From Bacilli bacterium (GTDB lineage Bacteria; Bacillota_I; Bacilli_A; RF39; UBA660), in contig JAFTRC010000022.1 in the NCBI GenBank assembly GCA_017462455.1, positions 1 to 49,749 on the forward strand: 49,749 bases of DNA, given 5' to 3'. A program made the position numbers and the translations under genes. Of the stretch, positions 39,124 to 48,847 are shown piece by piece. Position 1 is the first letter of the stretch; each line of letters starts with the position of its first letter. A model generated the notes under the pieces. It was not told the origin of the DNA, ran no database searches, and saw nothing but the letters and a program-made list of their open reading frames with translations.

Positions 39124-40230
39124 CTACCTCATCTTATCTATTATAAATTCTACTATCTTGTTTGTTGCATCTTCAAAATTTTTAGGTAAATACTTCTTTT
39201 TATAAGTTTTAAAACTTTCAATGTCATATTCACCACTTTGTAAATTTTTTACTAATTTTTTACCATCTTTAAAGGTAAGTTTTGGAAATTCTTTAAATGT
39301 ATCCAAATTCAATCCATTACTTTTTATATAATCTTCATAATCATATAAATAATAATATGTTTTTTTATTTATAGCTGCAGCTTCAACTGCCAATGAAGAA
39401 TAATCTGTAATAAAATAATCACAAATAGTTAATAATTCATAAATGTTAATTTTTAATTTTGAACTTGTATATATATTTGGATTATCAATATTTAATTGAT
39501 GTTTTGGATGTGAAGTAATTATTAAAATATATTTATCATAATCTATATTTTTTATCAAATCTTCAGTACTACTTTTTTTACTTACTCTAAATGTTGGCGA
39601 ATATAATATTACTTGTTTAGTTTTTAATTCCGGATATCTTCTATATATTTTCTTTTGAATTTCTTTTAAGTTGTTATGTATATATGCAGCTCTGGGTAAT
39701 CCAATATTCCATAATTTATCTTCACTTATATTAAAGGACTCTGTATATGCATGATTCCAAGCTTTAGCACCCGCTACTACAATATCATAATTTTTATGCA
39801 TATCAAGAAGTAAAGCCATTTTTTTGCTCCTACCATCTGGTTTATCAAGAGTTTGATATCCAGATTGTTTTATTTTACCCATAGCATGCCATATTTGTAT
39901 TATAGTTAAACTTTTTTTATGTTTTAAAATACTGACAGGTAAAGAATATGAATCTATTACACATACCTTTGAAGTAGCTAAATGATACATGCTACTTAAA
40001 ATATTGGTTACAAAACTAAATTTTAAACCTTTTGTGCTTTCTACTCTTTGACAAATTGTAACTATTTTATAATTTTCTTCTTCTAAACCTTCAATAATCA
40101 ATCTGAAATCTAAAGGCACTCTATTAGATTGTCTAGATAAAAACAACACTTTATTTTGTGTTTTATTTAGTTTCATAAATAAATAAATAAATTTTAAAAA
40201 TAATTTTCCTATTTTAATGATTAATGTCAT
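39124..40230 (-). CDS. CDP-glycerol/ribitol phosphotransferase (TagB/TagF family)
   Basis: IQIWHAMGKIK..G, GLPR, YSPTFR, HP, ITDYSS. Confidence 0.88.
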   Translation of the reverse strand: MTLIIKIGKLFLKFIYLFMKLNKTQNKVLFLSRQSNRVPLDFRLIIEGLEEENYKIVTICQRVESTKGLKFSFVTNILSSMYHLATSKVCVIDSYSLPVSILKHKKSLTIIQIWHAMGKIKQSGYQTLDKPDGRSKKMALLLDMHKNYDIVVAGAKAWNHAYTESFNISEDKLWNIGLPRAAYIHNNLKEIQKKIYRRYPELKTKQVILYSPTFRVSKKSSTEDLIKNIDYDKYILIITSHPKHQLNIDNPNIYTSSKLKINIYELLTICDYFITDYSSLAVEAAAINKKTYYYLYDYEDYIKSNGLNLDTFKEFPKLTFKDGKKLVKNLQSGEYDIESFKTYKKKYLPKNFEDATNKIVEFIIDKMR

Positions 40231-40648
40231 ACTTCTCTCTCATTTCTGGATCTTTGTTTAAATATTCTCTTATTTTTGTTGATGAATAAGGTAAAGTTTT
40301 AGGTGTTTTATCTAAATAAATTACTTCACAATATTCTTTAAGGTAATCATATTTACCTTGCCAATCAGAAAAACTTACTAAAATATCTATATTATACTTT
40401 AATATATCATCTTTTTTTTGTTCGAAACTTTTTTGTTCGAATGTCTCATCTACATATTTTATAGATTGTACCATTTCTTTTCTTATTTCATACGGATAAA
40501 AAGCTCTTTTATTCTTTTTGTTTTCATTAAAATCATCACTACTTACACCCACGATTAAATAATCTCCCATTTCTTTTGCACGCCTTAAATAATCTAGGTG
40601 GCCGTAGTGTAAAATATCAAAAGTTCCATAAGTTAGTACTCTTTTCAT
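40214..40648 (-). CDS. tagD: Glycerol-3-phosphate cytidylyltransferase-like (copy 2)
   Basis: Start moved to MKRVLTYGTFDILHYGH; SSDDFN, SSTKIR. Confidence 0.88.
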   Translation of the reverse strand: MKRVLTYGTFDILHYGHLDYLRRAKEMGDYLIVGVSSDDFNENKKNKRAFYPYEIRKEMVQSIKYVDETFEQKSFEQKKDDILKYNIDILVSFSDWQGKYDYLKEYCEVIYLDKTPKTLPYSSTKIREYLNKDPEMREKYDINH

Positions 40649-40649
40649 T

Positions 40650-41417
40650 TTATACCACTTCTCCCATTTCTGCTTTATATTTAGAAATAATTTCTTTAGG
40701 ATTTCCTTTATCAACAACTACACCCTCATTTATCCATAGTACTTCATCACACAATTCTTGTACAGTTGCTAAACTATGTGAAACTATAATAACTGTTCTT
40801 TTATCAGAAGATATAAGTTCTTTCATTTTGTTATAACTTTTTGTTTTAAATTTAACATCTCCTACAGATAGCACTTCATCTATCAGCATAATATCTGTTT
40901 CTAAAATAGCAGTAATTGCAAAAGCTAATTTAGAATACATTCCTGAAGAATAAGTTTTAACAGGTTTATCTATAAATTTACCAATATCAGCAAACTCAAC
41001 TATTTCTTTTTCTTTTTCTGATATTTGTTTTTCAGAAAAACCTAATAACATTCCAGATAAATATATGTTTTCTCTACCAGTCAATTTTTTATTAAATCCA
41101 ACACCTATTGATAATAAAGAGATGCTATTACCATGAAGATTTATTGAACCTTTATCCGGAGAAAATATTCCAGCTACAGCACGCAATAAAGTACTTTTTC
41201 CAGCACCATTTTGCCCAATTATGCCTAATATTTTACCTTCTTCAATTTCAAAACTAATACCTTTTAAAGCTTTATGTATTTCTACTTTGTCTCTAAATTT
41301 CATAAATGATTCTTTTATAGAAGTTTTTTTCAAGCCTTTATAATATATGTGCAAATTTTTTACAGTAACAGCTATTTTCTTCTTTGAAGTTGTCTTTGTA
41401 TTTTCCTTCTTTTTCAT
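40650..41417 (-). CDS. tagH: Teichoic-acid-type ABC exporter ATPase
   Basis: GQNGAGKST, YSSGMYSKL, LIDEVLSVGD. Confidence 0.88.
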   Translation of the reverse strand: MKKKENTKTTSKKKIAVTVKNLHIYYKGLKKTSIKESFMKFRDKVEIHKALKGISFEIEEGKILGIIGQNGAGKSTLLRAVAGIFSPDKGSINLHGNSISLLSIGVGFNKKLTGRENIYLSGMLLGFSEKQISEKEKEIVEFADIGKFIDKPVKTYSSGMYSKLAFAITAILETDIMLIDEVLSVGDVKFKTKSYNKMKELISSDKRTVIIVSHSLATVQELCDEVLWINEGVVVDKGNPKEIISKYKAEMGEVV

Positions 41418-42199
41418 TATATCACCTTCGCATAAGTATTTTCATTTTTATGGATAATTCTAACTCCAATCATACATAGTATTATTCCTATTATTAACCA
41501 AAATAATAATCCTTCAATGCTTACCATTTTACCTTCTAACATACATTTTCTAGCTTCATCCATAAGAAAGGCAGCCGGATTCAATCGTAATAAGAAAAAG
41601 CCTATAGCGCCACCTATTTTAGTTCTAAGGTTATAAAATACTCCCGATACATAAAATAGCATTCTAAGACCTATATGAGTAAAATTTAATAAATCACTAA
41701 ACTTAACACCATAGTTCATAAGTATCATTCCTATCCCAAAAGATAGAATATATAGAACTATTAACACTGGAATAATTAATAATATATGCCATGTTATTGT
41801 TACACCTTGAATAAGCATTAAAACGAATACTATTAAAAATGAAATACCAAACTTAAATAAAAACGTAAATGACTTTGATAGTAATAATATATATTTTGGT
41901 ATATATACCTTGGTAACCAAATCCCTGTTTCCAGCTATAAGTCTAACACTTCCTGTAATCATTCTGTTAAAAAATTGCCATACAGTAAGACCTATATATA
42001 TAAATGAAGCATAATAAGGTTCATTATGTTTAAATATATATCCAAATACAAACACATATATAAGCATAAAACATAATGGTTCAATTATCCACCATAACCA
42101 ATTTAGATAAGAATCTGAAACTTCACTTTTTAATTCAGCTTTAGCTGCTCTAATCGCATATCTATAATATTTTTTTATATTACCGAAAAATTTCTTCAT
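41417..42199 (-). CDS. tagG: Teichoic-acid-type ABC-2 permease
   Basis: AELKSEVSDSYLNWLWWIIEP, FYVSGVFY, LNP. Confidence 0.88.
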   Translation of the reverse strand: MKKFFGNIKKYYRYAIRAAKAELKSEVSDSYLNWLWWIIEPLCFMLIYVFVFGYIFKHNEPYYASFIYIGLTVWQFFNRMITGSVRLIAGNRDLVTKVYIPKYILLLSKSFTFLFKFGISFLIVFVLMLIQGVTITWHILLIIPVLIVLYILSFGIGMILMNYGVKFSDLLNFTHIGLRMLFYVSGVFYNLRTKIGGAIGFFLLRLNPAAFLMDEARKCMLEGKMVSIEGLLFWLIIGIILCMIGVRIIHKNENTYAKVI

Positions 42200-42297
42200 A
42201 TAACCACCATAACCATTATATCATATATTTCTTTAATAAAGAAATAAAATGTCGAATATTTGCCTTAAAAATTAGTTTATTGACAAAAAAAATAGAA

Positions 42298-43569
42298 TTA
42301 TCCCTCAGTACAATATGGATATTCTATTTTTACAATTTTTACCTTTTTTAAAATATTTAAATCTTTGATTGTGCCTTTTGTTTTTACCAATAAATAATTA
42401 CCTGTATGACCTATAATATATCCTTCTTTGTATATTTCAGGTAAAAATTCTACTTCTTTATTTATAAAATTATTAAAATATTCTATTTCTAATTTTTTAC
42501 TTATTTCAAGTAATTCTTTTACTCTATTTTTCTTTGTTACATCATCTATGTGATTAGGTAATTCTTCTGCTTTAGTGCCTTTTCTTAAAGAAAAAGGAAA
42601 TACATGTATTTTAGAAAATTTTATTTTATTTATAGTATCTATTGTTTCATTAAAAAGTTCTTGTGTTTCGCCCGGAAATCCCACTATTAAATCTGTAGTT
42701 ATAGATATATTTGGTCTAATATTTCTTATTTTCTCTATTTGCTCTATAAAATATTCTTTATCGTATTTTCTATTCATTAATCTTAATATTTCATCACTAC
42801 CTGATTGAATTGGTATATGCATATGATCTACTAATATTTTACTACTTTTTAATACATCAAGGAATTCATCATCAAGCTCTGTTATCTCTATACTAGATAT
42901 TCTAAGTCTTTTTAGTCCATCTATTTTTTCTATTTCTCTTAGTAATTTAGAAAAACTATAATCATTTAAATCTGCACCATAATGTCCAGTATGTATTCCA
43001 GTTAATACTATTTCCTTATGTCCATCATTAATTAAATTTTTAATTTCATCAATAACTATTTTAGGCTCTTTACTTCTAACCTTTCCTCTAGCAAACGGAA
43101 TAATACAGTAACTGCAATAATTTTCACAGCCATCTTCTATTTTTACATACGCTCTAGTTTTATTAAAATTATTTAAACACATGTCTTCAAACTTTTTGGA
43201 CATTATATCCTCAATTTTTATTATAGGTTTATTAGTTTTTTTAAATTCTTCTATATATTCAACTATCTTGCTTTTACCACTATTACCAAGTATTATAGAA
43301 ACATTTAAATTTTCAAGTAATTCATAATTTACTTGAGTCATACACCCTACAGCTACTATAATAGCCTCCTTATGATTTTTTAATACTTTTCTTATTGTTT
43401 TTAATGATTTATTATCACTTGTATTAGTTACAGTACAAGTATTAATTATATATATATCTGCATCTTCTTCATTTGATTCTATATATCCACTATTTATTAA
43501 TTTATCTTTCATTACATTACTTTCATAAGTATTAACTTTACATCCCAATGTATATATATAAAACTTCAT
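42298..43569 (-). CDS. mtaB: tRNA t6A37 methylthiotransferase MtaB
   Basis: TLGCKVNTYES, INTCTVT, CENYCSYC radical SAM motif, HVFPFS.RKGT.A. Confidence 0.95.
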   Translation of the reverse strand: MKFYIYTLGCKVNTYESNVMKDKLINSGYIESNEEDADIYIINTCTVTNTSDNKSLKTIRKVLKNHKEAIIVAVGCMTQVNYELLENLNVSIILGNSGKSKIVEYIEEFKKTNKPIIKIEDIMSKKFEDMCLNNFNKTRAYVKIEDGCENYCSYCIIPFARGKVRSKEPKIVIDEIKNLINDGHKEIVLTGIHTGHYGADLNDYSFSKLLREIEKIDGLKRLRISSIEITELDDEFLDVLKSSKILVDHMHIPIQSGSDEILRLMNRKYDKEYFIEQIEKIRNIRPNISITTDLIVGFPGETQELFNETIDTINKIKFSKIHVFPFSLRKGTKAEELPNHIDDVTKKNRVKELLEISKKLEIEYFNNFINKEVEFLPEIYKEGYIIGHTGNYLLVKTKGTIKDLNILKKVKIVKIEYPYCTEG

Positions 43570-43626
43570 AAAATCACTTCCAAAAAGATTATACCAAAAG
43601 AAAAAGAAAAAAGATAGTTTCCTATC

Positions 43627-44334
43627 TTATAAATTTCTTCTAAATTCCTTTAATGCATTCAAGAAATCTTCTTGTTTTTTTATTTCTTCAGTTAATTCGT
43701 TATAATCTTTTGTATTCATTATATCTAAAATATTTTCTGACTTCTTCACTTTAGGATATTCTAAGTTAGTTTCCATAACTCCATATATAGGAGATATAAA
43801 CTCACTCTTTTTAAATTTCTTAGGTTCTTCTTTAATAGAATTTACAGAAATATTTTCAATAGCTTCTTTTACCATTTCTGGAGTTACAGATGTTTCTTCA
43901 TCACTTTCTATTACTGTAACAGGTTCATTTTCTACTTCTAAACTTAAACTTTCAACAAAATTAGTTTCAGATTCCTCATCATCTATTACTTCAATTTTTC
44001 CTGACTTAACATTATCAACTAATTCTTGATAACTAATAATTGCTTTTTCTTCTTGTTCTTCTTCAAATTTTTTTACTACATCTTCTGGTTTAACTTCTAA
44101 CTCTTCTTGCATTTTCTTTATTATATCTTCAAGTCCATTTGAAACTTCTGATTCTTCTATTTTTTCAAGTTCTGCCTCAACTTTTTCAGCTTCTACATAA
44201 TCATTTTTAATTTGTCTTCTTTTTCTTTGATTTGTAGCAACTATTAAAAGTATTGTAATTAAGATAAGTAATCCAATTATAATGCATATATATAAATATA
44301 TGTTTGACATAAGAAAATTGTAAATTGCATTCAT
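43627..44334 (-). CDS. Hypothetical single-pass membrane protein with acidic cytoplasmic domain
   Basis: N-terminal TM helix, KAIISYQEL, KFKKSEFISPIYG, FLNALKEFRRNL; promoter TTGAAA-17-TAGAAT at 44383-44411. Confidence 0.7.
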   Translation of the reverse strand: MNAIYNFLMSNIYLYICIIIGLLILITILLIVATNQRKRRQIKNDYVEAEKVEAELEKIEESEVSNGLEDIIKKMQEELEVKPEDVVKKFEEEQEEKAIISYQELVDNVKSGKIEVIDDEESETNFVESLSLEVENEPVTVIESDEETSVTPEMVKEAIENISVNSIKEEPKKFKKSEFISPIYGVMETNLEYPKVKKSENILDIMNTKDYNELTEEIKKQEDFLNALKEFRRNL

Positions 44335-44510
44335 TATAATCACTCCGTACTATTTTGAGGGCACCAACCCTACTACATATTTATTCTATCATATATAAAT
44401 CTTTTTTTCAAAAGGTTTTAAGTATAAAAATATATATTTTTTAAGTTTTTTTATTAAAATTGTTTTAAGCCTTTATTTCCAACAAAAAATCATTTACACT
44501 CACTATACAA

Positions 44511-45200
44511 TTACTTGATAGTAACTCCTTTTATTTTACCTTTATCAATCAAGTTTTGAGCATTTTCTTTAGTAATAACTTCTTTATCTATCATAATATT
44601 TAAAGCTTTTTGATTAAATTCTTTAACATTATCTGTATTTTCATATTCTTCTTTTAACTCTACTACCTCGTTAAATACAGCTAATGTATCATCACATATA
44701 CTTCCAAGTATTGGAGTCTTATCTAATATAGTATTTCCTAGTTTAGAATCTTTTATAATACTTAAATTAATTGTTGGTAAACTTAATATATACATTAATA
44801 TAAACACATATATTAATGTTTTAATTCCTCCTACAATACCTCCTAATATTTTAGATGGTATTCCAAGTATTATTGTAGCTTTTAATACTTTTTCAAATAA
44901 TTTTGTAAAGCTTACTAATATTTTAAATAATATACTGAGTACAAAAAATACTACAAAGAAAGCAATTACTTCATATAATAATATATTTAATACTGTTATA
45001 TCCTTAAATATTCCACCAAAATTAAAGAATGGTAAATTATTATATAAGAATACACTTATTGGATTTTTTAACATAAATGAAAGTATTAGTATTACAAAAA
45101 TTCCAAGGAGTGATACTAATTCACGTGTAAAACCTCTTTTAAATCCTAGTAATATCCCAAACCCCAAAAGCACTAATATAACTATATCTACTATATTCAT
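44511..45200 (-). CDS. cvpA: CvpA (colicin V production) family membrane protein
   Basis: DIVILVLL...GFKRGF..EL, SKILGGIVGG; divergent from rnhC as in Bacillus. Confidence 0.85.
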   Translation of the reverse strand: MNIVDIVILVLLGFGILLGFKRGFTRELVSLLGIFVILILSFMLKNPISVFLYNNLPFFNFGGIFKDITVLNILLYEVIAFFVVFFVLSILFKILVSFTKLFEKVLKATIILGIPSKILGGIVGGIKTLIYVFILMYILSLPTINLSIIKDSKLGNTILDKTPILGSICDDTLAVFNEVVELKEEYENTDNVKEFNQKALNIMIDKEVITKENAQNLIDKGKIKGVTIK

Positions 45201-45288
45201 TCTATCACCTATTACAATTATATTATAAAAATATAGAAAAAGAAAGTAATTTGTAAAAAAATGTGATATAATTTGTGTAGGTGATGTT

Positions 45289-46248
45289 ATGCAAAAAAAT
45301 AATGTTATTTCATTTGTAGCAAGTGATAAAACGCAAAAAATGATGAGTGAAGAATTAAATTGGTGTATGAGAGATAAAACTCCACAATACGCTAAATGGC
45401 AAGCAAAAGATGGAGATACAGTTATTACTCTTTATGAATCTGGTAAGGTTGTTTTTCAAGGTAAAGATGCAGACTTAGCTAGTGACTTTTGGATTACTAC
45501 AGAAAAAATTAATAGTGGTAAGGTAGATGTTAAAAATTCTGGGGATAAAAAAGAAACTAAGAAAGAAAAAAAAGAATACGTTAATCCTAGAATATATAAT
45601 TCATCTAGTATAGGTTCTGATGAAGTTGGTACTGGAGATTATTTTGGGCCTATCGTTGTTACTGCTGCATATGTATCTAAAGATAACATTGAATTTTTAG
45701 AAAATATTGGAGTTAAAGATTCTAAAAAACTTAATGACGATCAAATACTTGAAATTGTTCCTAAATTTATTAAACAAATACCATATGAATCAATGATTTT
45801 AACTAATAAAGAATATAATGATAGCTACTCTATCGATCTTAATATGAATAAAATAAAAGCTCTTCTTCATAATAAAGTACTTTATAAATTAAGTAATCAA
45901 ATTAAAGATTACGAATACATCATTGTAGATCAGTTTGCTGAAAGTTATGTTTATTTTAATTATTTAAAGCAAAGTTCAAATGTAGTTAGAAATATTACAT
46001 TTTTTACAAAAGGAGAAGATAAACATTTATCAGTAGCATGTGCTTCTTTGATAAGTAGATATATATTTATAAATGAATTTAACAAGCTATCTAAATCATT
46101 AAATATTATATTACCTAAGGGTGCAAGCAACTTAGTAGATGAAGTTGGTAAAACTATTGTAAAAAAATATGGCTATGATAAATTAAAGGAAATAGCTAAA
46201 TTAAATTTTAAAAATACAGAAAAAATAAAAGAGAGTTTAGATAAATAA
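45289..46248 (+). CDS. rnhC: Ribonuclease HIII
   Basis: N-terminal TBP-like domain (YESGKVVFQG), IGSDEVGTGDYFGP, DSKKL, VDQF, VACASLISR. Confidence 0.96.
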   Translation: MQKNNVISFVASDKTQKMMSEELNWCMRDKTPQYAKWQAKDGDTVITLYESGKVVFQGKDADLASDFWITTEKINSGKVDVKNSGDKKETKKEKKEYVNPRIYNSSSIGSDEVGTGDYFGPIVVTAAYVSKDNIEFLENIGVKDSKKLNDDQILEIVPKFIKQIPYESMILTNKEYNDSYSIDLNMNKIKALLHNKVLYKLSNQIKDYEYIIVDQFAESYVYFNYLKQSSNVVRNITFFTKGEDKHLSVACASLISRYIFINEFNKLSKSLNIILPKGASNLVDEVGKTIVKKYGYDKLKEIAKLNFKNTEKIKESLDK

Positions 46249-46266
46249 ATCTAAATTCTCTTTTTT
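46227..46266. terminator. Bidirectional terminator between rnhC and the pilin-dockerin gene
   Basis: AAAAGAGAGTTTAGAT / ATCTAAATTCTCTTTTTT inverted repeat. Confidence 0.65.
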
Positions 46267-46267
46267 A

Positions 46268-47044
46268 TTAAAATTCTTTATATAACATTCCTTCGATTGC
46301 TCTCAAAAGATATGAGTAATCGTCAATATTTAGAATTCCGTCAGAATTTGTATCAGAATTATTAAAAACAAATTCATTAATCGTAATTAAAGCTGCTACA
46401 TATTGACCAATCGTTTTAGCATCTTCAGTTTCTATCAATCCATTACCATCTACATCTCCAAGTATTCCTGTTTCATCAGAAGCAGCTGTAACTTTTCCTA
46501 ATATAGAAGATAATTCATTGATATCGGTTACAGTTATTTTTCTATCACCATCTACATCACCTGAACTTGAATTTTGTAATATCTCATTTGAGAATAAATA
46601 ACGAGATAAACTAATTACATCATCTTTATTTAATATTCCATCGTTATTTACATCACCAATTAGTTCTCCATATATATATTCTACTTCTACATCATTTATT
46701 TTACAATTAGCTAAATATACACTTCCATCACTATTTATATTTATTGTATCACATTCTACTTTATTTCCATCATAATCTACAGTTAACACCTGACTACCTG
46801 TTAATGTTTTACCTTCACTTGATTGAGTATAACTTCCCTTAGGTATTGCTTTTGATGGATTAACTAGCATATAATTAGCTACTGCATTTTCTACTGCTCT
46901 TCCATATAAATTTATACTTTGTTCATTTGTGCTTTTTCTAGAATCATCTATTATATTTAGTATTACTGGGGTTGCAATTAATGCAATGATTGCCAATATT
47001 ACTATTACCGCTAATAATTCTATAAGCGTAAAACCTTTTTTCAG
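46268..47044 (-). CDS. Type IV pilin-like protein with two C-terminal dockerin-type domains; apparent CTG start
   Basis: Frame extends 16 codons upstream of the track start: CTG AAA AAA GGT TTT ACG CTT ATA GAA (xKKG|FTLIELLAVIVILAII), GGAGG 7 nt before CTG. Contains GDVNNDG/GDVDGDR and GDVDGNG/SDTNSDG pairs. Confidence 0.8.
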   Translation of the reverse strand: MKKGFTLIELLAVIVILAIIALIATPVILNIIDDSRKSTNEQSINLYGRAVENAVANYMLVNPSKAIPKGSYTQSSEGKTLTGSQVLTVDYDGNKVECDTININSDGSVYLANCKINDVEVEYIYGELIGDVNNDGILNKDDVISLSRYLFSNEILQNSSSGDVDGDRKITVTDINELSSILGKVTAASDETGILGDVDGNGLIETEDAKTIGQYVAALITINEFVFNNSDTNSDGILNIDDYSYLLRAIEGMLYKEF

Positions 47045-47058
47045 ACAAATCCCTCCTT

Positions 47059-48309
47059 TTAACTTAAATCAGAAGTAGATACTGTAATTACTGGACGTAT
47101 TCCAAATGTTTTTTTGTAAATATCCCCTGAACTATCAACAAAAACTCTAAAACTATCTAATGTATTAAACTCTGTATTCATCGCCCAAGCTCCAGATAAA
47201 CCTTCTGTTGTTGAGGTCCAATAATCACCTTTTGACCATTCAGGACATCCTTCATAATAATAGCCCAAGCTATGATTAACATTCCAATCTTTCTCAACTT
47301 CAACTTCACATACATAATCATTTGCAAGTTCAGCGAATTTTGGTAATCTTGCAGATTGTGATAACTTTGTCCAATTTTTAGTTAAAGTTTCTGTGTAAGT
47401 TATTGCATATGGCGTACCTGTATACTCATAACTATATGTACCATCTAAAGACTCTACTTCCGTTATATTAGACTCATCTATAAAAACAACATCGTCTTCT
47501 AAATTCTCACTCATAAGTAAATTAACATTATTTCCTTCTGTACTTAATACATAGAAATCATAACTTTGTGAACTATTTACTTGACAAGTATATTTTGTTC
47601 CTAAGGCTGTACTTCCAGATCCGCCTGTACAAATTGTTGCTCCTGGTAAAACTGGCATTTCACTTGTTTCTTGTGTTCCATATGTTAAGGCTATATTTCC
47701 AAAATTCACTTCAAATGGTCCATCTGCTCTTGTTCCATTTGATGCATATGAAAGTGTTATCGTTACCGCTTCACTATTTCCTTGTAATAATTCATGATCT
47801 TCTATCCCTAAAGTTGTTGATGTTGCACTCTCACTTCCTACTGTTACTGTCGCACTTATTGAATTACAAGCACTTGCTACTAATGTTTTATCTGTACCTT
47901 CTCCTGGAATACATTCTTTAAATACTCCACTTGTTAAATCTTGGAATACTATACTTGTTAAGTATGCATCATATTTTCCTGTATTTCTCGCATAAAAAGT
48001 ATAACTTACACTATCTCCTGGTTCTGTAAAAGTTGCTCCTAAATTACTTATCGTTGGATATGTTCCACTATTATCTATTGTTGCACTACTTGCTGTTAAT
48101 GTGCTTGGACTCTTTGTTGGTGTTATTGCATTTGTTTCTAATGCTGTACTACTTGATGAAAATACTACACTAAACGTTGAAGAATCTGGATCTACACTTA
48201 AACTTGATTTGATTAATAAACTACTTGAAAATGCTGCAAACCCTATTGATACTCCTACTACTGCTATTAGAGCTATCATTATTATTAATTTTTTCTTTCT
48301 ATCTGTCAT
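47059..48309 (-). CDS. Exported protein with TasA/camelysin-like N-terminal region and unrelated C-terminal domain
   Basis: Signal ending VSIGFAAFSS; EPGDSVSYTFYARNTGKYDAYL resembles the PGD...N.G..D motif of TasA/CalY-like proteins; C-terminal GIRPVITV. Confidence 0.55.
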   Translation of the reverse strand: MTDRKKKLIIMIALIAVVGVSIGFAAFSSSLLIKSSLSVDPDSSTFSVVFSSSSTALETNAITPTKSPSTLTASSATIDNSGTYPTISNLGATFTEPGDSVSYTFYARNTGKYDAYLTSIVFQDLTSGVFKECIPGEGTDKTLVASACNSISATVTVGSESATSTTLGIEDHELLQGNSEAVTITLSYASNGTRADGPFEVNFGNIALTYGTQETSEMPVLPGATICTGGSGSTALGTKYTCQVNSSQSYDFYVLSTEGNNVNLLMSENLEDDVVFIDESNITEVESLDGTYSYEYTGTPYAITYTETLTKNWTKLSQSARLPKFAELANDYVCEVEVEKDWNVNHSLGYYYEGCPEWSKGDYWTSTTEGLSGAWAMNTEFNTLDSFRVFVDSSGDIYKKTFGIRPVITVSTSDLS

Positions 48310-48340
48310 ATTTTACTCCTCTCCTATCTTTGATATTACC

Positions 48341-48371
48341 ATTTTATCAAAAAAAAAAAAAAACAAGTCAT
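48341..48371 (-). promoter_or_regulatory. Promoter with a T15 tract in the -35/-10 spacer
   Basis: Minus strand ATGACTTG-(T)15-GA-TAAAAT; A-run at 48349-48363. Confidence 0.55.
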
Positions 48372-48792
48372 TTTTTCTAAAATCAGGTTTCTAAATAATT
48401 TAGTGGAAAATTAATTTTACATAAAGTATTCAAAAATAAGGATTATGATATGAACCCTTATTTTTTGTGTTTTATAATTTTTACCGTTTTTTACAGCTGA
48501 TAACAGTTATTTTTTCACTTTTTCTATTTCTATCTTTTTTTACTCACTTCACTAACTTTTCCATTTAAAATATACATCTTACTACTTTTTTTATTGTTTA
48601 ATCCTTCTATAAATCTATTATATAAATCTTAACAATTTTTCTCTTAAATCATATTTTAGTGTATCTATCATATGTTTATTTTTATATCGTTTTTCTTTCT
48701 TGTTTTATAATCTTCTCCCAACTTTAATAGTTTCTCTAACTCATTAATATTTTCATCTACGTCTAGTAATAAAAATCACAAAATTATTATAC

Positions 48793-48820
48793 AAAAAAGA
48801 GATAACTTTTACGTTATCTC
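48793..48820 (-). terminator. Intrinsic terminator of tuf
   Basis: GAGATAAC-GTAAAA-GTTATCTC-TTTTTT. Confidence 0.85.
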
Positions 48821-48847
48821 CCACTAAATTATCTAGAACCAATTTAA

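Noticed and set aside
44345-44380. Leader hairpin AGGG-UUGGUG-CCCU followed by an A-rich stretch, superficially preQ1-I-like
   Set aside because: Only a 4-bp stem with a 6-nt loop, too short for the preQ1 pocket, and the downstream gene is unrelated to queuosine.
2358-48394. Short plus-strand ORFs in the track (e.g. 2358-2624, 8396-8602, 14414-14656, 27376-27654, 27449-27676, 47568-47921, 48101-48394)
   Set aside because: All are antisense shadows of well-supported minus-strand genes, with low-complexity F/L/I/S composition and no SD.
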